NCBI GenBank assembly: GCA_965112155.1
Contig: OZ218102.1
Direction: 5' to 3' (one strand)
DNA length: 64,000 nucleotides
DNA from: Podarcis liolepis
Taxonomy: Eukaryota
The notes beneath the pieces were generated by a model, which made no database searches, had not been told where the DNA came from, and saw only the letters and a list, made by a program, of their open reading frames with translations. Positions 1 to 13,501 of this stretch are shown here, piece after piece (the stretch's first letter is position 1; every line of letters starts with the position of its first letter). The position numbers and the translations under genes are program-made.

Positions 1-158
1 GCTTGTTTCAACTAAGTAGAGTTAGTGCTAAATTATGACTTCTGGTTCAGTTAGTGAAAGTGGACATAAAACCTTCTGGAGTTGTTTTCCTAGTCATCCA
101 GGGTGTGGAAGGAGCACATGAGCCCAAGTTTTGCTGTAGCTTGTGTACATCCATGTGT

Positions 159-428
159 CGCTCCTGCCAACTTAGCAGTTCGAAAGTACACTAGTGCAAG
201 TAGACAAATAGGTACCGCTGTAGTGGGAAGGTAAATGGCATTTCCATGCACTCTGGCACTCGTCACGGTCCTCTGTGTGCCAGTAGCGGTTTAATCATGC
301 TTTCCACATGACCCGGAAAGCTGTCTGCGGACAAACACCAGCTCCCTTGACCTGAAGCGAGATGAGCGTCGCACCCCATAGTTGCCTTTGACTGGATTTA
401 ATTGTCCAGGGGTCCTTTGCATTTGCCT
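159..428 (+). mobile_element. Sauria SINE, 5'-truncated, with 13-bp TSD
   Basis: Similar to copies at 32040 and 37411; TACATCCATGTGT at 146-158 and 429-441. Confidence 0.8.
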
Positions 429-655
429 TACATCCATGTGTGAATGTGCTTGGGCCTTAATGACTAGAAACTAAAGCAAAGATGAAAAGCCTGTGCAGTT
501 TTTGTGTGTGTTTGTGCTGGAGAGAGCTAGGGCAACAACTAAAAGCCCAGATCCCAATCTCCTAATGCCTGGGTGAGTCTGAAACAGTAGCAAGGATATT
601 TCTCTCTTTATGTCAGGTTGCAAATAGACCTTGTATGTCTTTTGCAGGACATGCC

Positions 656-691
656 TGATTTGATTTGATTTGATTTGATTTGATTTGATTT
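656..691. repeat. (TGATT)n microsatellite
   Basis: About 7 tandem units. Confidence 0.9.
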
Positions 692-1959
692 CAGTATTGT
701 GGCACAAGCCTTGGCTAAACCTGTGGATATGATTGAGGTGCACATTTGGATTCCTGCTGCTATATATTATCCTTGGGAGGTTACCTGCTTTTATGTGATA
801 TTAGGACACTGCAATCAGTGCATTGTAAAAGTCCTTAGAGTGCTAATGTACGGAGTGGTTTCTTGTAATGATCAGTAATTTGCCGGAAAACTGTTCTAAT
901 CTGTGCTTGAGTAGCTTTCCAATTTTCTTCTATAAAGTTTTATAGCACTAGGAGTAGGTGGTTAGAAGGAGGAAAGAAAGATTATCTTTTATCAAGTTGG
1001 AAGGATGTCATTGTGACCATGTCAGGCCTTTAGTAATAAAATATGGCTGCACTTTTCGTAGAATATTGCCCTCCCCCCAGCAACTTCTATTTGTTTGCTT
1101 TACAAGTCTTCCTGAATATTCAGTAAGATCATAATGTGTGTGTTGCATGCAAGGCAATAACAAACCACATCCTTTCGAGTTTGTTGGACTGTTTCATGAT
1201 GGCAAATGTTGAGGATTGGGGACATGAACTTTGCAGGGGTTGCCAATGGGCACATTTGCATATCAGAGAAACTCTTGTTGGTAGTACATATACACCACAA
1301 TAGAATGCTTCTTTCAAGTCTGAATTCCAACAAGTGGAGGTGACCCTGTGGGTGCCAGGAAAAGCCTTGTGGGTGCACAGACACTCATGGGCACTGTGTT
1401 GGTGACCCCTGATATACAACTACAGAGTCTGGGACTGATGGTCATGTGTACTGCAGAAAGCAGTAGGAGGCCATGAGCCTTGGTTTATTAGGATTGTGCT
1501 GTGTTTTATCATATCAGAAGATTAAGCTGTACCTCATATCACATCAAAAGGGACAGTTGTGGAAAGTTATGCTTTAGGCAGAGTGGTTTTCCATATCCAA
1601 AAATGTTTATTGACATGGAGAGACTAGAAGTTGAATTAATGACATGGAGTTGAATTAATGACATGGGGAGACTAGAAGTTGCTTGCAAAGCAGATTAAAC
1701 AGTCATAACAGTTTCTGCACTTTCTAAAGATGCTGCAAAATTTAAAATGTAAAAAATGTTTCCCTTTCTGAGGACGATAGGAAGCTGCCACATCCTAGAT
1801 CAAACCATTGGTCCATCTAGCAACTCTTCAGGTTTTAAAATTGAGAATGTTTCTCCTCTTTGCTTCTTGAATGGAAGCAAATGGAATGCATATCCTCATT
1901 TTTTAAATGGTTTCATTGGCTCCTTGTCTACTTCCAAGCACAATTCAAGGGGCTGCCAT

Positions 1960-2050
1960 TAATCTTTTAAAGCCCTAAATAACTTAGGATTCAAATATAT
2001 CAAGGACCGGCTTCTCTCATATAAGCCTGCCTATGCATTTAGATCCATTT
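1960..2050 (+). mobile_element. L2-like LINE ORF2 remnant
   Basis: Translates FKALNNLGFKYIKDRLLSYKP, resembling the L2 C-terminal region. Confidence 0.45.
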
Positions 2051-2551
2051 CCAAAGCGCTATTAAGGTAAGATGGGGAATATGCAGGAGAAATGATTTTG
2101 AGGAGATATGGAAGGTATTTGTAGAATTTGTCCTGTTAACAGAAAGGGGTCAAGCCATCACAAGGTGTTGAAATTTTGGGAGGTTGGATAGTTACAATGG
2201 AATGGTACAATACAATACAAATGGAATGCACATTTTAAAAAAAATTATTATTATTACTTTGCCAAAAAAGGAAAAAAAGGAAAGATCCATTTCCAGAGCT
2301 ATTCTTGGAGTCCCTTCCCTCCTCCATTGGATGAATGATAGGTGGGGGGCGGGGGGACTAGGCAATAGGGCATTTTGGGATCTACGTTGGTAGTTTTGTG
2401 GTTGTGAGCATGTCTGTCCGCACAAATATAGGGCAGTTCCCAGAGTGGGTTGGGATGAAGCTTTGGGGGGTGCTGTGTTGGCCACACCATTTGAGGACCA
2501 CCTGCGCTCCTTTGGATCAAGGCCACGGATAGCTTTTGCTAGAGCAGAATA

Positions 2552-2793
2552 CAGTGGTACCACGGGTTAAGTACTTAATTCGTTCTGGAGGTCTGTTCTT
2601 AACCTGAAACTGTTCTTAACCTGAAGCACCAGTTTAGCTAATGGGGCCTCCCGCTGCTGCCGCGCCGCCAGAACACGGTTTCTGTTCTCATCCTGAAGCA
2701 AAGTTCTTAACCCGAGGTACTCTTTCTGGGTTAGCGGAGTCTGTAACCTGAAGCGTCTGTAACCTGAATAGTATGTAACCCGAGGTACCACTG
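2552..2793. mobile_element. Tc1/mariner (Tigger/pogo-like) MITE, family A
   Basis: TA|CAGTGGTACC...GGTACCACTG|TA; internal TAACCTGAAG repeats; six related copies in window. Confidence 0.85.
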
Positions 2794-4020
2794 TAGTGAA
2801 GAGGCTGGGCATAGCAGAAAGCAATCTGAACAAGCTGTCTGTGCTTCAGGCGGGAGAGCCTGTGCCTGTCGGAGAACATTCTTTTCCAAAACTTGAAACA
2901 GAACCCATGACTTCTCCATTTGCAGCTCTGCTGCTGGTAGCAAATAGCATTTAATAATACCCACTTGGAGAGCCCTGTCTCTCATCGCCTTCAGCAGCTG
3001 AGCCACACAGAATGCCACAATCTCCTGCTCTATTGGTAGTTACTAGAGTATATCCCCAACTGTGACCCACCAGAAATCAATCCATTGTTGCGTTAGCAGA
3101 AGCCAGCACAAAGACCCTAGCTAGCACAATGGGGTTTTCTTCTCCCTCCCCTGCATGCCCCCTGTACCTCTCCCAGATCCACTCTGGAGGGTCAGCAGAA
3201 CCCTGAGGACAGTGTATTTTCCCTATGCATTTTTTCCTGTGTTGTATTTTCCCTAATCTAATGCATTTTTCTATGTTGTTTTCACAAATGCATGCATTTT
3301 ATGCAAACCTTGGCCATGTGTATGCATTTTTGTACACATAACTTGGCTGGAGAACATGATTTCAAAATTTGGAGAAGCATGAATTTCAGAAGATGGCTAT
3401 TGTGTTGTGTTGGAAAGTGTTGACTAGATAGGTTTACCTTTTAACGATAACTGAATCAAATGCTAAGTGGGCTTTTAAATAGAGAAGGACAAGAGGATGA
3501 TGATAACATTGATGATAAAATAATTTCTTTGTGCACAATTTCTGCCTATTGCTTTCTGGGCTCCATTCAAGGTGCTGGTTCACCGAACCCTAAGAGACTT
3601 GGAGTCATTCTATCTCAGTAATGGCTTCCATCCCTGTGTTTCATCATAACCTTTAAGATCAGCTGGAAACACCTCTTAACCTTGCCATTTATGCACCACC
3701 AGGACCACAAATACTTTTTGGTTGCTGCCTCTCGACTCGAGAATTGTCTTCCACGGAGGCCGAAGCCTAGGGGTCTTTTGGAAGCAGTGTAAGACCTTTT
3801 AATTGGCTTTTGGTGCCAGGGATAGGGTTTGGGGCAGGGAAAGATGGTGGTTAATTATCTTGTAATTGGGAGCTTTGCAGCTAAAATATTGTTACCTGCC
3901 CTAAGCACTTGGGATGGAGCCAGCTGGAAATCAAATGACACAAATTAAGAATGTAGTTAAGTTAACACAAAATGGTGCAAGGTCTGAATGTTGTGTGCTT
4001 TTCTCTTATGTCCCCTCCAG

Positions 4021-4183
4021 ATCGATAAATATCTGTACGCCATGCGGCTCTCTGATGAAACTCTGCTGGATATTATGGGACGCTTCAGGAGAGAGATGCG
4101 GAATGGACTTTCCAGGGACTTTAACCCAACAGCCTCTGTAAAGATGCTTCCTACATTTGTAAGGTCTATTCCTGATGGCTCAG
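4021..4183 (+). CDS. HK1: Hexokinase-1 exon 2 (first coding exon in window)
   Basis: cag|ATC...TCAG|gt; 163 nt; [54 protein letters not shown] is HK1-type; neighbours TACR2 and TSPAN15 fit HK1 synteny. Confidence 0.97.
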
Positions 4184-5541
4184 GTATGCTGTTGTACTTC
4201 GTTAACAAACAGTTTTCTGAAACAACACCAGAACAATCTCTTGTTACTATTACGAGCACAATGAGAGCCATTAGCTACACATGTATGCATAAAGTGGTCC
4301 AAGTATGTAAAACTAAAAGAAACTCTCAGCAATGTTTGTAGCAAAGAGAAACAGTGGTTTTTAAAAAGAAACAAACCTCAGCCTATTTCCCTATGGCCAG
4401 TAGCTTTGGCTCCTGTTGTCTTGGGGTCAGGGTGTGTTACTTGTACAAACTTAAGAAGAAGACAGTGTGTTTGAAACCCAAATCAAACAACAAGTTGCAG
4501 TCTGTGCTCAATACCTAGACACAGTGGCTGCATTCAGATATAACACAGGCCCTTCCTTCTTTGGTGCTGCCCTGAGGAGGTAAGAAGCTTCTGCTTCTGC
4601 CTTTGACTAAACACAGTTTAGTTAGCTATCCAAACCCTAAACTGTGGTTAATCTTAAATTCAGTTTCTGAAAAGCGTAGAACAAAGAATCCCTGTATGCC
4701 CCCAGCTGCCAAAACATTCCATACATATGCGGTATAAAGTATTCAGTCAAATATTAAGCAGGTTTGCATAATAGTGTAAAACTGATTATACAAGTTACAG
4801 TTTTTAAGTGTCTTGTTGACTTGGATGTGAGTGTGCAGACAGGGTGTTAATATGCAACATATCCCAGAGTGGACGTTTCTGAAGTGCTGCATTTGTCTGA
4901 AGTGTATTCCATCGTTCAATTACTTTAGGGGGAAAAGGCCATCTGTTCTAGTGTGTGTTTTTCCTTTTTCCTTTTTTTTTAAAGCTAATGGGGCTCAGTC
5001 TAAACTAGCGATGGACTACAGTGATAAAAGTCTGTTTGCACATTTTGCTTAATGCCCAGTTCTTGTACAGCACAGTGATATTTAATTGGTTTTATCGACA
5101 GAATGGTTTAAAAATTACATTAGCTTCAAAATGATGCTGGTCCTGGATATTATGTTGCCCTAAGTCACTGAGATTATATATATATTTAATGAAAAATGGA
5201 GTGCAGGGCTGCTTGCTAAATAAATAAAATTATAATACACAATTTGGAGAGCTTTGCTGCAAACAGAGCATTGTGGATGCTGGTAATGATGCACAATGGA
5301 GCATAATCAAAGAGCCGTGGCGGTGCACGGACTCTGGGATGCAGCTCCCAGATCTCATGCTTCTTCATTGGCAGCCCTGAAAGTATTGCCTCTTGGATGG
5401 TTGTGTAGTTTGCTCTGCTATTTAGAAATGTGTTTTCCCAAACTGACAGATTTGGGTCTCCCTTTTTTGGTGGCAAACAAGACGAGTCCATTTGTATACC
5501 TGATACGATTTGCATAACTTTGGGCAAAAACACTGCTGTAA

Positions 5542-6157
5542 CATCAGCTTGCAAGAGACTCAGAGTTGCCCTAAGAATAGCAAACTGATTTACCTCCTGG
5601 CCTAATTTCAATTCTTCATTGATTTCTTACCCACATGAGTGGACAGGTCCAAAGAGAGGCAGGTGAGAGCAAGGAATTTGTTGCCATTTTTGCTGAGATG
5701 AGAACACTGTTGGAAGGAAACCTTTGGAAAGAGTAATAGAACACCTAAAAAGGGAAAATCCATGCTTGACATTTTATGTGGGTGTGATGTTAGTGCTGAA
5801 GACAGAAACAAGGCTACTTTAGTGGGAAGTTACAGCTGTGTTGCAAGATTATTGGATGGGTATGATGTCCAAGGCTTATTTGTATGGGCAAAATTGATTG
5901 TGTCCAGGTGGCCAATAATGCGTTGGTGGTGATAAAGTAAGAATAATGTATTTAATGAGTCTCAAACTGAAAGTGAATGGTAAGCCAGCCAGTGTCATAA
6001 ATGACCCAACATTGTATTTTGCTTATTACCCTTCCTGCTTTTTGCCACTTTTAAAGCTTAATGAAAATTCAGAAATCAATGAAGAATTGAAATTAGGCCA
6101 GGAAGTAAATCAGTTTGCTATTCTTGAGGGCAGCTCCGAGTCTCTTCTCGGCTGATG
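5542..6157. repeat. Inverted repeat, ~86-bp arms (5542-5627 and 6071-6157)
   Basis: Direct comparison shows about 8 differences in 87 nt. Confidence 0.9.
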
Positions 6158-6559
6158 CAGAGCCTGTTTTGAGGGTTTGAACATCCTTTTAAAATAGAGT
6201 AGAGGGAGTGTGTGTGTGCATTTGCATCTGCATCTGCATCCATGTACCTGAACTTCAGTGTTTGCCTGTGCTCTGTTTACACACACTGAGTTTTTCTTTC
6301 ATCTCATTCCATGGGTTGTTTTAATTGGTAATCTCAGTCTCCAAACAAATAAAGGATTGTGGTCTTTGCTTGTCTGATTAGATAGGATGAGGCTAATCTC
6401 TTGGGTTGATCAGATATATTTGCAGTGTTAAAAGGTGAATGCTGATAGTTTAACTTTCAGTACCCAATGCATTATTTTATGTAATAGATGGGAAAGATTC
6501 ATTGTGCACCCAGAGTGACTTGATGCTTAAGTGTTGATGTTCTGTTTCATCCAAAACAG

Positions 6560-6708
6560 AGAAAGGAGATTTCATTGCCCTGGATCTTGGTGGATCTTAC
6601 TTTCGTATTTTGCGAGTGAAAGTGTCTCATGAGAAAAAGCAGACGGTGCAAATGGAAACAGAGATTTATAACACTCCCGAGGATATTATGCATGGCAGTG
6701 GAACACGG
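6560..6708 (+). CDS. HK1: Hexokinase-1 exon 3
   Basis: 149 nt, AG/GT bounded; [22 protein letters not shown]...HGSGTR. Confidence 0.97.
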
Positions 6709-9700
6709 GTAAGATTGCTTCCTAGGAATGTTCTTGCAATATATGAGGGTTGTAAAACATTTTTTGAAAAAGCTTCCACATGGTATTGTTTGGATTTTCT
6801 GATACAGTTTTGAAGGATAAAATAAAAACTACTACATTGTAATTTTAATTTTTAAAGGAAGTAAAAGACTTACCTTCAAAATCATTTGGTGGAAAGTTAG
6901 GATGCATATTTTGAGGCCAACTTCTCTGTTGAGAATAATGCAAAATGCTAGGTTTTTTTAATATTAGGAAATTAGATTCTTGTGATAATTTCTTCCAGTT
7001 TATTCATTGCAAACCAATGTTTCCTATACAATGATGACTTGTTGAATTGGAAGGCAGTTTAGAATCCTGATCCATAGGCATGAAAATGATGACCCAGTTG
7101 TGAGCTAAAATATGTATTGCTGTTTGTTTTTTTGTTTATTTGTACACTTATTATACCCCTCTAACTTTGTGACCCAAGATTCATAATACATCAGTTCAGC
7201 TACAATCACAAAAAACTTGCTGTTATCTTTCTTTCTCTTGCCCTTGCGTATGCAAATTTGTCCAAGTATACATTTTGCAACCAGCAACTCAGGCTGTAGA
7301 AGCTACATGGATGGTTGGTGAGACCAAGAAAGGGTGGAGGAGTTTCTCCTATTTCCCCAGCAAAACCTCCTGTGTAAGTTACAGGTATTGGAATCTGCTG
7401 TCACCAATGCTGCCATTTTTTAAAAAGCCTACCTTACCCAATCCATTGCCATTTATTTATCTTGCTTCCCCTAGGATGAGCCTTAATGCCTGTTTTCCTG
7501 AATGCTGGCAGCATGGCCGTTAAGCCTGAATGTCAGTAATTTGGCCGGTTAGGCAGAGGCACTCTGGGCATCTTCTTGCGGTTGCAGAAATTCCCACTTT
7601 GAGCCAGTAGATTCCAGGCTCGCCTGTGCTCTTCTTGCTATTTGGCTCTTGAAAACATCTGCGCAGTCACTTTAGCATGTGAAAGTGGCTCTCCTAAATG
7701 TCCCAAATGGTCTCGTTGGTCATTACTGAATGAGAGAGGTCAGCATCAGTCATACAGTAGTCAAAGAACCAAATTTCTTTTGTTTTATGTTTTGGGGAAA
7801 GTCTGTTGCATTCCTGCGGCCGACACCTTATTCTGCCTGTGGTTCAATAACGATGACAGTGCAAATACTCTTTCATAGTTATTTAAAATGTATTTGTATG
7901 TTTTTCAGGATCCTTCCAATATCCCAGCTCCATGACATTCCAGTTTCTTAGGCACTAGAATCGATTTTTTTTAAATGAACCAGTATCAAAATGCCAAGGT
8001 GCCTGGGATGCTGGCAAACCATACATAATTTTGTCAGGTGTTTGGATTTCTGATGGCATGTTAAGTAACTTGTTATTGGACTCCAACTCCCATGAGCCCC
8101 AGCCAGTATAGCAAATGGCTAGGGATGCTGGGAGTTGTAGTCCAGCAGCATCTGAAGAGCTTAGGAACGTCCTCTGGCTTAAAAAGATGGTACAAGCTGC
8201 TGTTTCCACCGCCACAAGTAAAGTAAAGGGTAGAGGTTGGGCCCTAAAGCTGCAGTGCTCTTGTCACTATTTACTGGCAGCTTGGTGATTTGAGCCCCAC
8301 GCCTCTTCCTAGAAGGGATCCCGAGGGTCATCTGGTCCACCCTCTGCAGTGCAGGAAGGGATGCATTGGCCTGTTCAGTTTTGGAACATGCATGTTGTTG
8401 CCAGGCCGTAAAAGTCAAATGGATGCCAACAACAGCTTTAAGGCTCACCGAGCTTTAGGCTTGCCCCCCAAAAGATTTTGGAGATAAATGATAGGGCATT
8501 TTCTGTGACTTTGCAAGGAAGATAAATGGGGAGGGTATAATGTAAAAGGAAATGGCTTTATGTTTTTTTTAAAAAAGGCATGGAAGATTTTGGGATTTTA
8601 CTTGATGAAGTAAAGGCTCAAGCATCAGAGGAGCCAATTCTGTTCTTCTGTATCTGGCCGTATTTGTGCTGTGCCACCATTTCCAGCTTCCCCATTGCAG
8701 CACTTGTCACACCTGTTCCATGGCATGGAAAGAGCTGCAGCACCGAAACTGTAATTGGAGCTCAAGAGTGCTGCATCGTTTGCCTGCATAGTGCTACGTT
8801 AAAAAAATAAAAATAAAAAGCTCTACATAAATTAAACATGAAACCAGTTCCAGGCATATGCTTTTAAAGAATGAGAGAAGACATTTTCGCTCTGCATGGA
8901 ATCGGCATTCTGGTTATGATTCATCAGTGCATTTAGGAGCTGCCAATTGAAAATGCTTGCTTGGGATAGTTCAGCTGGGGAAGGAGGACTGAGTGGAAGA
9001 GGCAAATCCTGACTAGCCCAAAACTGAAAGTTACTTTCCAATGTTGCAAACGTTTCGTTCCAGAAAGCAATGGGCTATATTCAGATTTGCCACTCAGCTG
9101 ATGGTAAAATGTCCATCAGTGGAATGGGGAGGGTGATTTTTCTTTACAGTTAGCTGAATGACACCATTGAATACAACTCAGTAGGTCTGTGACACCTGCA
9201 GCTCTTGTTTAAAGCAATTGTTTAAAAAGGGGCAGTTGGGTGTTGGGCTCCTCGGGGGGGGGGGGAATCAAGGAGGAAGATTCTTCTAGCATTACAAAAT
9301 CACCCCAGATTTAAATCAGGAATATTTGATTTAGATCATTATTTTTATTTGTGGTGTATGAGTGTTGTTTAGCCTTGTAAATAATAATATACTTGCTCAT
9401 AGAGGTTTTTAACCTGCCAAATGGGCATTCCTACTCTAAACCCAGTTGCTAAACTGTGACATGAAATGCATTGGATAATGTCCATCGAGAGTGCCAGTCT
9501 AAACTTTATTACCCAGTGCAGAGGTAATATTTCTAATTTTGCAACTATGGTTAGGAGATCAGAAATGTGCTGCAGGCTCATGTTTCGTCCTTCCCTCTCC
9601 CTGCATGAGTTCCTCCCTGCCTTCCCTTTTCAGAGTTGACCATGGTTAGTATAATGTGTAGCAAACCATGGTTACTTCAAACCAGATTGTGTTATAACCA

Positions 9701-9727
9701 CAACTGAAGTTAACACTAAGGCCTTCA

Positions 9728-9925
9728 AAAGAGCACTTCTGGATCAGGTCAGTGGCCTATCTGGTCCAGTATCCTGTCCTCACAGTGGCCAACCAGAAGC
9801 CTATGGGCAACCCGCAAGAGACTTGAACCCAACAGTGCTCTTCCCGCTTGTTTCCCCCAGTAACTGCCATTGAGAAGAATACTGACTCTGACAGTGGAGG
9901 CAGAACATGCACATCGTAGCTATCA
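9728..9925 (-). mobile_element. CR1-like LINE 3' fragment (further copies ~25156-25440, ~37159-37402)
   Basis: Recurrent CTGGATCAGG...CTCACAGTGGCCAACCAGA block in three places. Confidence 0.55.
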
Positions 9926-10027
9926 GGGTGTTTCACATAGTTAAAATGACAAAGAATTGGGGAAAGAGAGCTTTATGGAACAGGCTATTGGGGTTTTTTT
10001 TATTATTATTATGGCATAAGCCATAAC

Positions 10028-10556
10028 TGTCAGGGTGCTGTCGACAGCTTCTGGCTGATTGCCCAGGAAAGCAGAAAGACAGAGGAAAACACAGGCTTTC
10101 TAGTCCTTTTTATTATGATTCCAGATGCCAAGGCAAGTCAGCCAAGCACCTTTCAGTATCTAACATTGCTCCGAGTGAAGCTCCACGCCTCCCCCTCCTC
10201 CGTACTTCCCTATTCATCAAACTCCTCCCCTCTTCTATGGTGGCTGTTAAGGGTCCCGTGCCTTTGAGCCCTTTGCTCTGCTATTCTTAGTGAACACCTG
10301 GTTTTAGGGCACAGGACGGGTTCTGGGAGACACTCCAGTGACAGCATATCAGTCAGCTGTTGCTCGGGCCCTGTCTGCTCAGTACTACTTAGCTCTTCAT
10401 CTCCCATTATTTCTCAGCTTCTTCCCTCTTCTTCCTCTGGGGTGTGCCCTGTGTCAAACCAGTCCTGTAGATCTATGCTATCTGCCCTTTCCTCCTCTGG
10501 GATGCTCCTGGGGAGGTGGTCTCTACCACTCCTCTTCATCTGCCCAGTCCCTGACA
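10028..10556 (-). mobile_element. Solo LTR
   Basis: TGTCAGGG...CCCTGACA termini; 5-bp TSD ATAAC (10023-10027 and 10557-10561); AATAAA on minus strand near 10110. Confidence 0.75.
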
Positions 10557-11166
10557 ATAACCTAGCTATGACTAGGAGATCAGGAAGATGTATGCCTTCC
10601 TAGCATGACAACATTTTCCGTACCATGGATTTCACTCTGACCTGCTTCTAAGGAAGTGTGTTTACGGTTGCAGTGACAACCAATGAGAGTTGTTCGCAGA
10701 GAAGTCTGCTGAGCATTATGGCTTCAATGGAGGATTCTGCCCCCATGTATGAAATGCATACCAAAGGACCGGATTCAACAGTGTAGTCCTGCCAGAGTAT
10801 GCTCGCACAAGGTGTTCTGCCGGTGCAGCAGGGCTTCTTTCCACTCCCCCTGCATACCCTGAAATTGGCCTGGGGAGGTTCAGAAAACCCCCAGAACCTC
10901 CCCAAGTGGGAGGAGAGAGCGGATCATTCTTTCAGGCAAGCAAAAACGCTTGCACTGACTGAGTGATCTGCTTAACACTACGTTGAATTCCACCCCAAAG
11001 CCTTACTTTTCAAATGTTCCAGTTTATAGGGCTGCCACCAAAATAGTATTTATTGTTATGGGATCACCTAATGATTTTTCCAGTAGTGGTTATGGGGATG
11101 AAGCTGCAATTATTATTTTTATCAGGCTTTTAAAATGTTGTTTTATTGTCCTTCCTTTCTCCTCAG

Positions 11167-11286
11167 CTTTTTGACCACGTTGCTGAATGTTTAGGCGATT
11201 TCATGGAGAAACAGGAAATCAAGAACAAGAAGTTGCCTGTTGGGTTCACATTTTCTTTTCCATGTAGGCAAACCAAGTTAGATGAG
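11167..11286 (+). CDS. HK1: Hexokinase-1 exon 4
   Basis: 120 nt; [13 protein letters not shown]...[18 protein letters not shown] (hexokinase signature). Confidence 0.97.
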
Positions 11287-11504
11287 GTAAGAATGCAGGC
11301 AGCATCTGTGTTGCATCTGAAATTGCTTTTAGATATGTAATTGTCTGAATCTGTTTTTATATATGTAACGGTTTTAAATTGCTTTTATCCATGCACTTGT
11401 TTTATATATATGTTTTTATGGTATTGTGGAATGGCTTTGGGATGCTTCATTGGAAGCGATCCATAAATACACAAATAACACTGCACAACTTTATTACTGT
11501 ACAG

Positions 11505-11680
11505 AAGAAACATAGGAACCTGCCTTACCCCAAAGCAGACTGCTAGACCATTTAGCTCAGTACTCTGTCTATGCTGACTGGAAGCAGTGCTCCATGGTTT
11601 CAACTTCCCCAGCCCCATCTGGAGGTGGCAGAGATTGAACCAGGGACTTTTGGCAGGCAGAAAGAACATGTGCTGTGAAT
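11505..11680 (-). mobile_element. Squam3-like SINE (further copies ~20874-21030 and ~63106-63291 on -, tail fragments ~1771-1820 and ~31268-31326)
   Basis: Shared GGTTCAATC box and GCAGCTTCCTATGTTCCT-type tail; family name from recalled consensus. Confidence 0.6.
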
Positions 11681-12227
11681 CTTCCCCAGCTAGATGGTAC
11701 TAAAGTGCCCTTTGGCTGATATGACTTGGTTTGAGTGATCTTGCTTGGAATATTGTTCTCGTTGCAATATTGTGTGTGGAAACCGTTGGAAGACACTTGA
11801 ATTAGAACTTCATTGCTCCCAGCACATGGCCAGGAAGCATGCAGTGTTTTTGGATTTTGGAAGTGAGGACCTGTTTAATGTTACGAAGAAGACCCCATAT
11901 AAATCCATCGTATGGAAGAATTTAGCATGTGAACTGTATATGCATACTGTTAAGCATGATTCCCTGATTGTGGTACCTCCAAAATGGAGATGTATAATTG
12001 TAGCAAGGGTAGGTAATGGAGTATGTGGGTAGATTTGTTCACCTGTATTATGTCCTCCATGAGAACGTGAGCAAATTGATGCGTAGGAAATTCAGCAGTG
12101 TCACCACATATGAAAACTGATCTTCAACTCATTTTTTAAAAAAACTGAAAAAGTGAGTCTTGACTCAAAGAAACACTGGGCCTAATATCTTTAGGCCATT
12201 ATTTTATTTTATTTTTCATTTTATTAG

Positions 12228-12338
<111 letters not shown>

Positions 12339-13068
12339 TAAATACATGTATAGCTGGCATTGATACATGAACTTGGCTGATAATGTTTTTGTTACTTGCA
12401 GATGTCTGGAATTGTGTCAATCTTTTTCAGTGTCATTGTAGAATGATTAGATGGTCGCTAATTTCACATTGCTTTTAACTCCTAGTAAAAGTATTGAGCC
12501 AAGAAGATGTTCGGACTAAGAAACCAATTTCTTGGGGAGGGGGCTATATAGCATTTCTTGTTCTAGATAATATTATATACCAAACAGACTTCCATAGACT
12601 CAACAGCCTTAGATTCAAACAATCCTCTCTCAATATCACAGTGAAGTTTTATGCATGTTAACTTGGAAGTTTGTCCAGCTGAGTCCCCCATTGAATGGGA
12701 CTTGCAGCCAAGTCAATGGACCTAGAAGAGAAACCTAAGATAGTTTCAAAGTAGTGGAAAGTTCTGTGTATGTAGCTGCATTTGACATGGATAGGATGGG
12801 TCTTTCGGTGGTCCAGATGTCAATGAGTCTTTTTTTTTTGGCTGATGTAGTTTTTGAGAAGAAAAGGATCTTGAGACTCAAGGGTAAAGTCCCTGGGTCA
12901 GTAGTAAAAAGGGGACAAAATATGAAACCACGAACAGCAAGCAGACCTAAACAAAGTGCCCAGTAAATAATATTTACTGAGATTCTGTGTCACATTAGCA
13001 AGTAGAATATGCCTATCAAAAAGTGTTGGTAAAATTGCATATTAGAAATATTCCCTTTCATTTTGAAG

Positions 13069-13168
13069 GACTACGATGCAGACATCATGGCAGTTGTCAA
13101 TGACACCGTAGGGACCATGATGACCTGTGGATTTGATGACCAGCGTTGCGAAGTTGGCTTGATCATTG
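13069..13168 (+). CDS. HK1: Hexokinase-1 exon 6
   Basis: 100 nt; [33 protein letters not shown]. Confidence 0.96.
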
Positions 13169-13224
13169 GTATTGACATTTGATTCCTTTGACAAGCATAA
13201 TGCATGTTGACATTTTTGTTTTGC

Positions 13225-13230
<6 letters not shown>

Positions 13231-13280
<50 letters not shown>
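13231..13280. repeat. (AT)25 microsatellite in HK1 intron 6
   Basis: Perfect tandem array. Confidence 0.95.
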
Positions 13281-13284
<4 letters not shown>

Positions 13285-13315
13285 ACTGTTGACTAATCCC
13301 ATGGCCTTCTTTTAA

Positions 13316-13501
<186 letters not shown>

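Noticed and set aside
1611-1681. Short tandem duplications (also 34001-34036 and 52658-52693)
   Set aside because: Ordinary replication-slippage products with no sign of function
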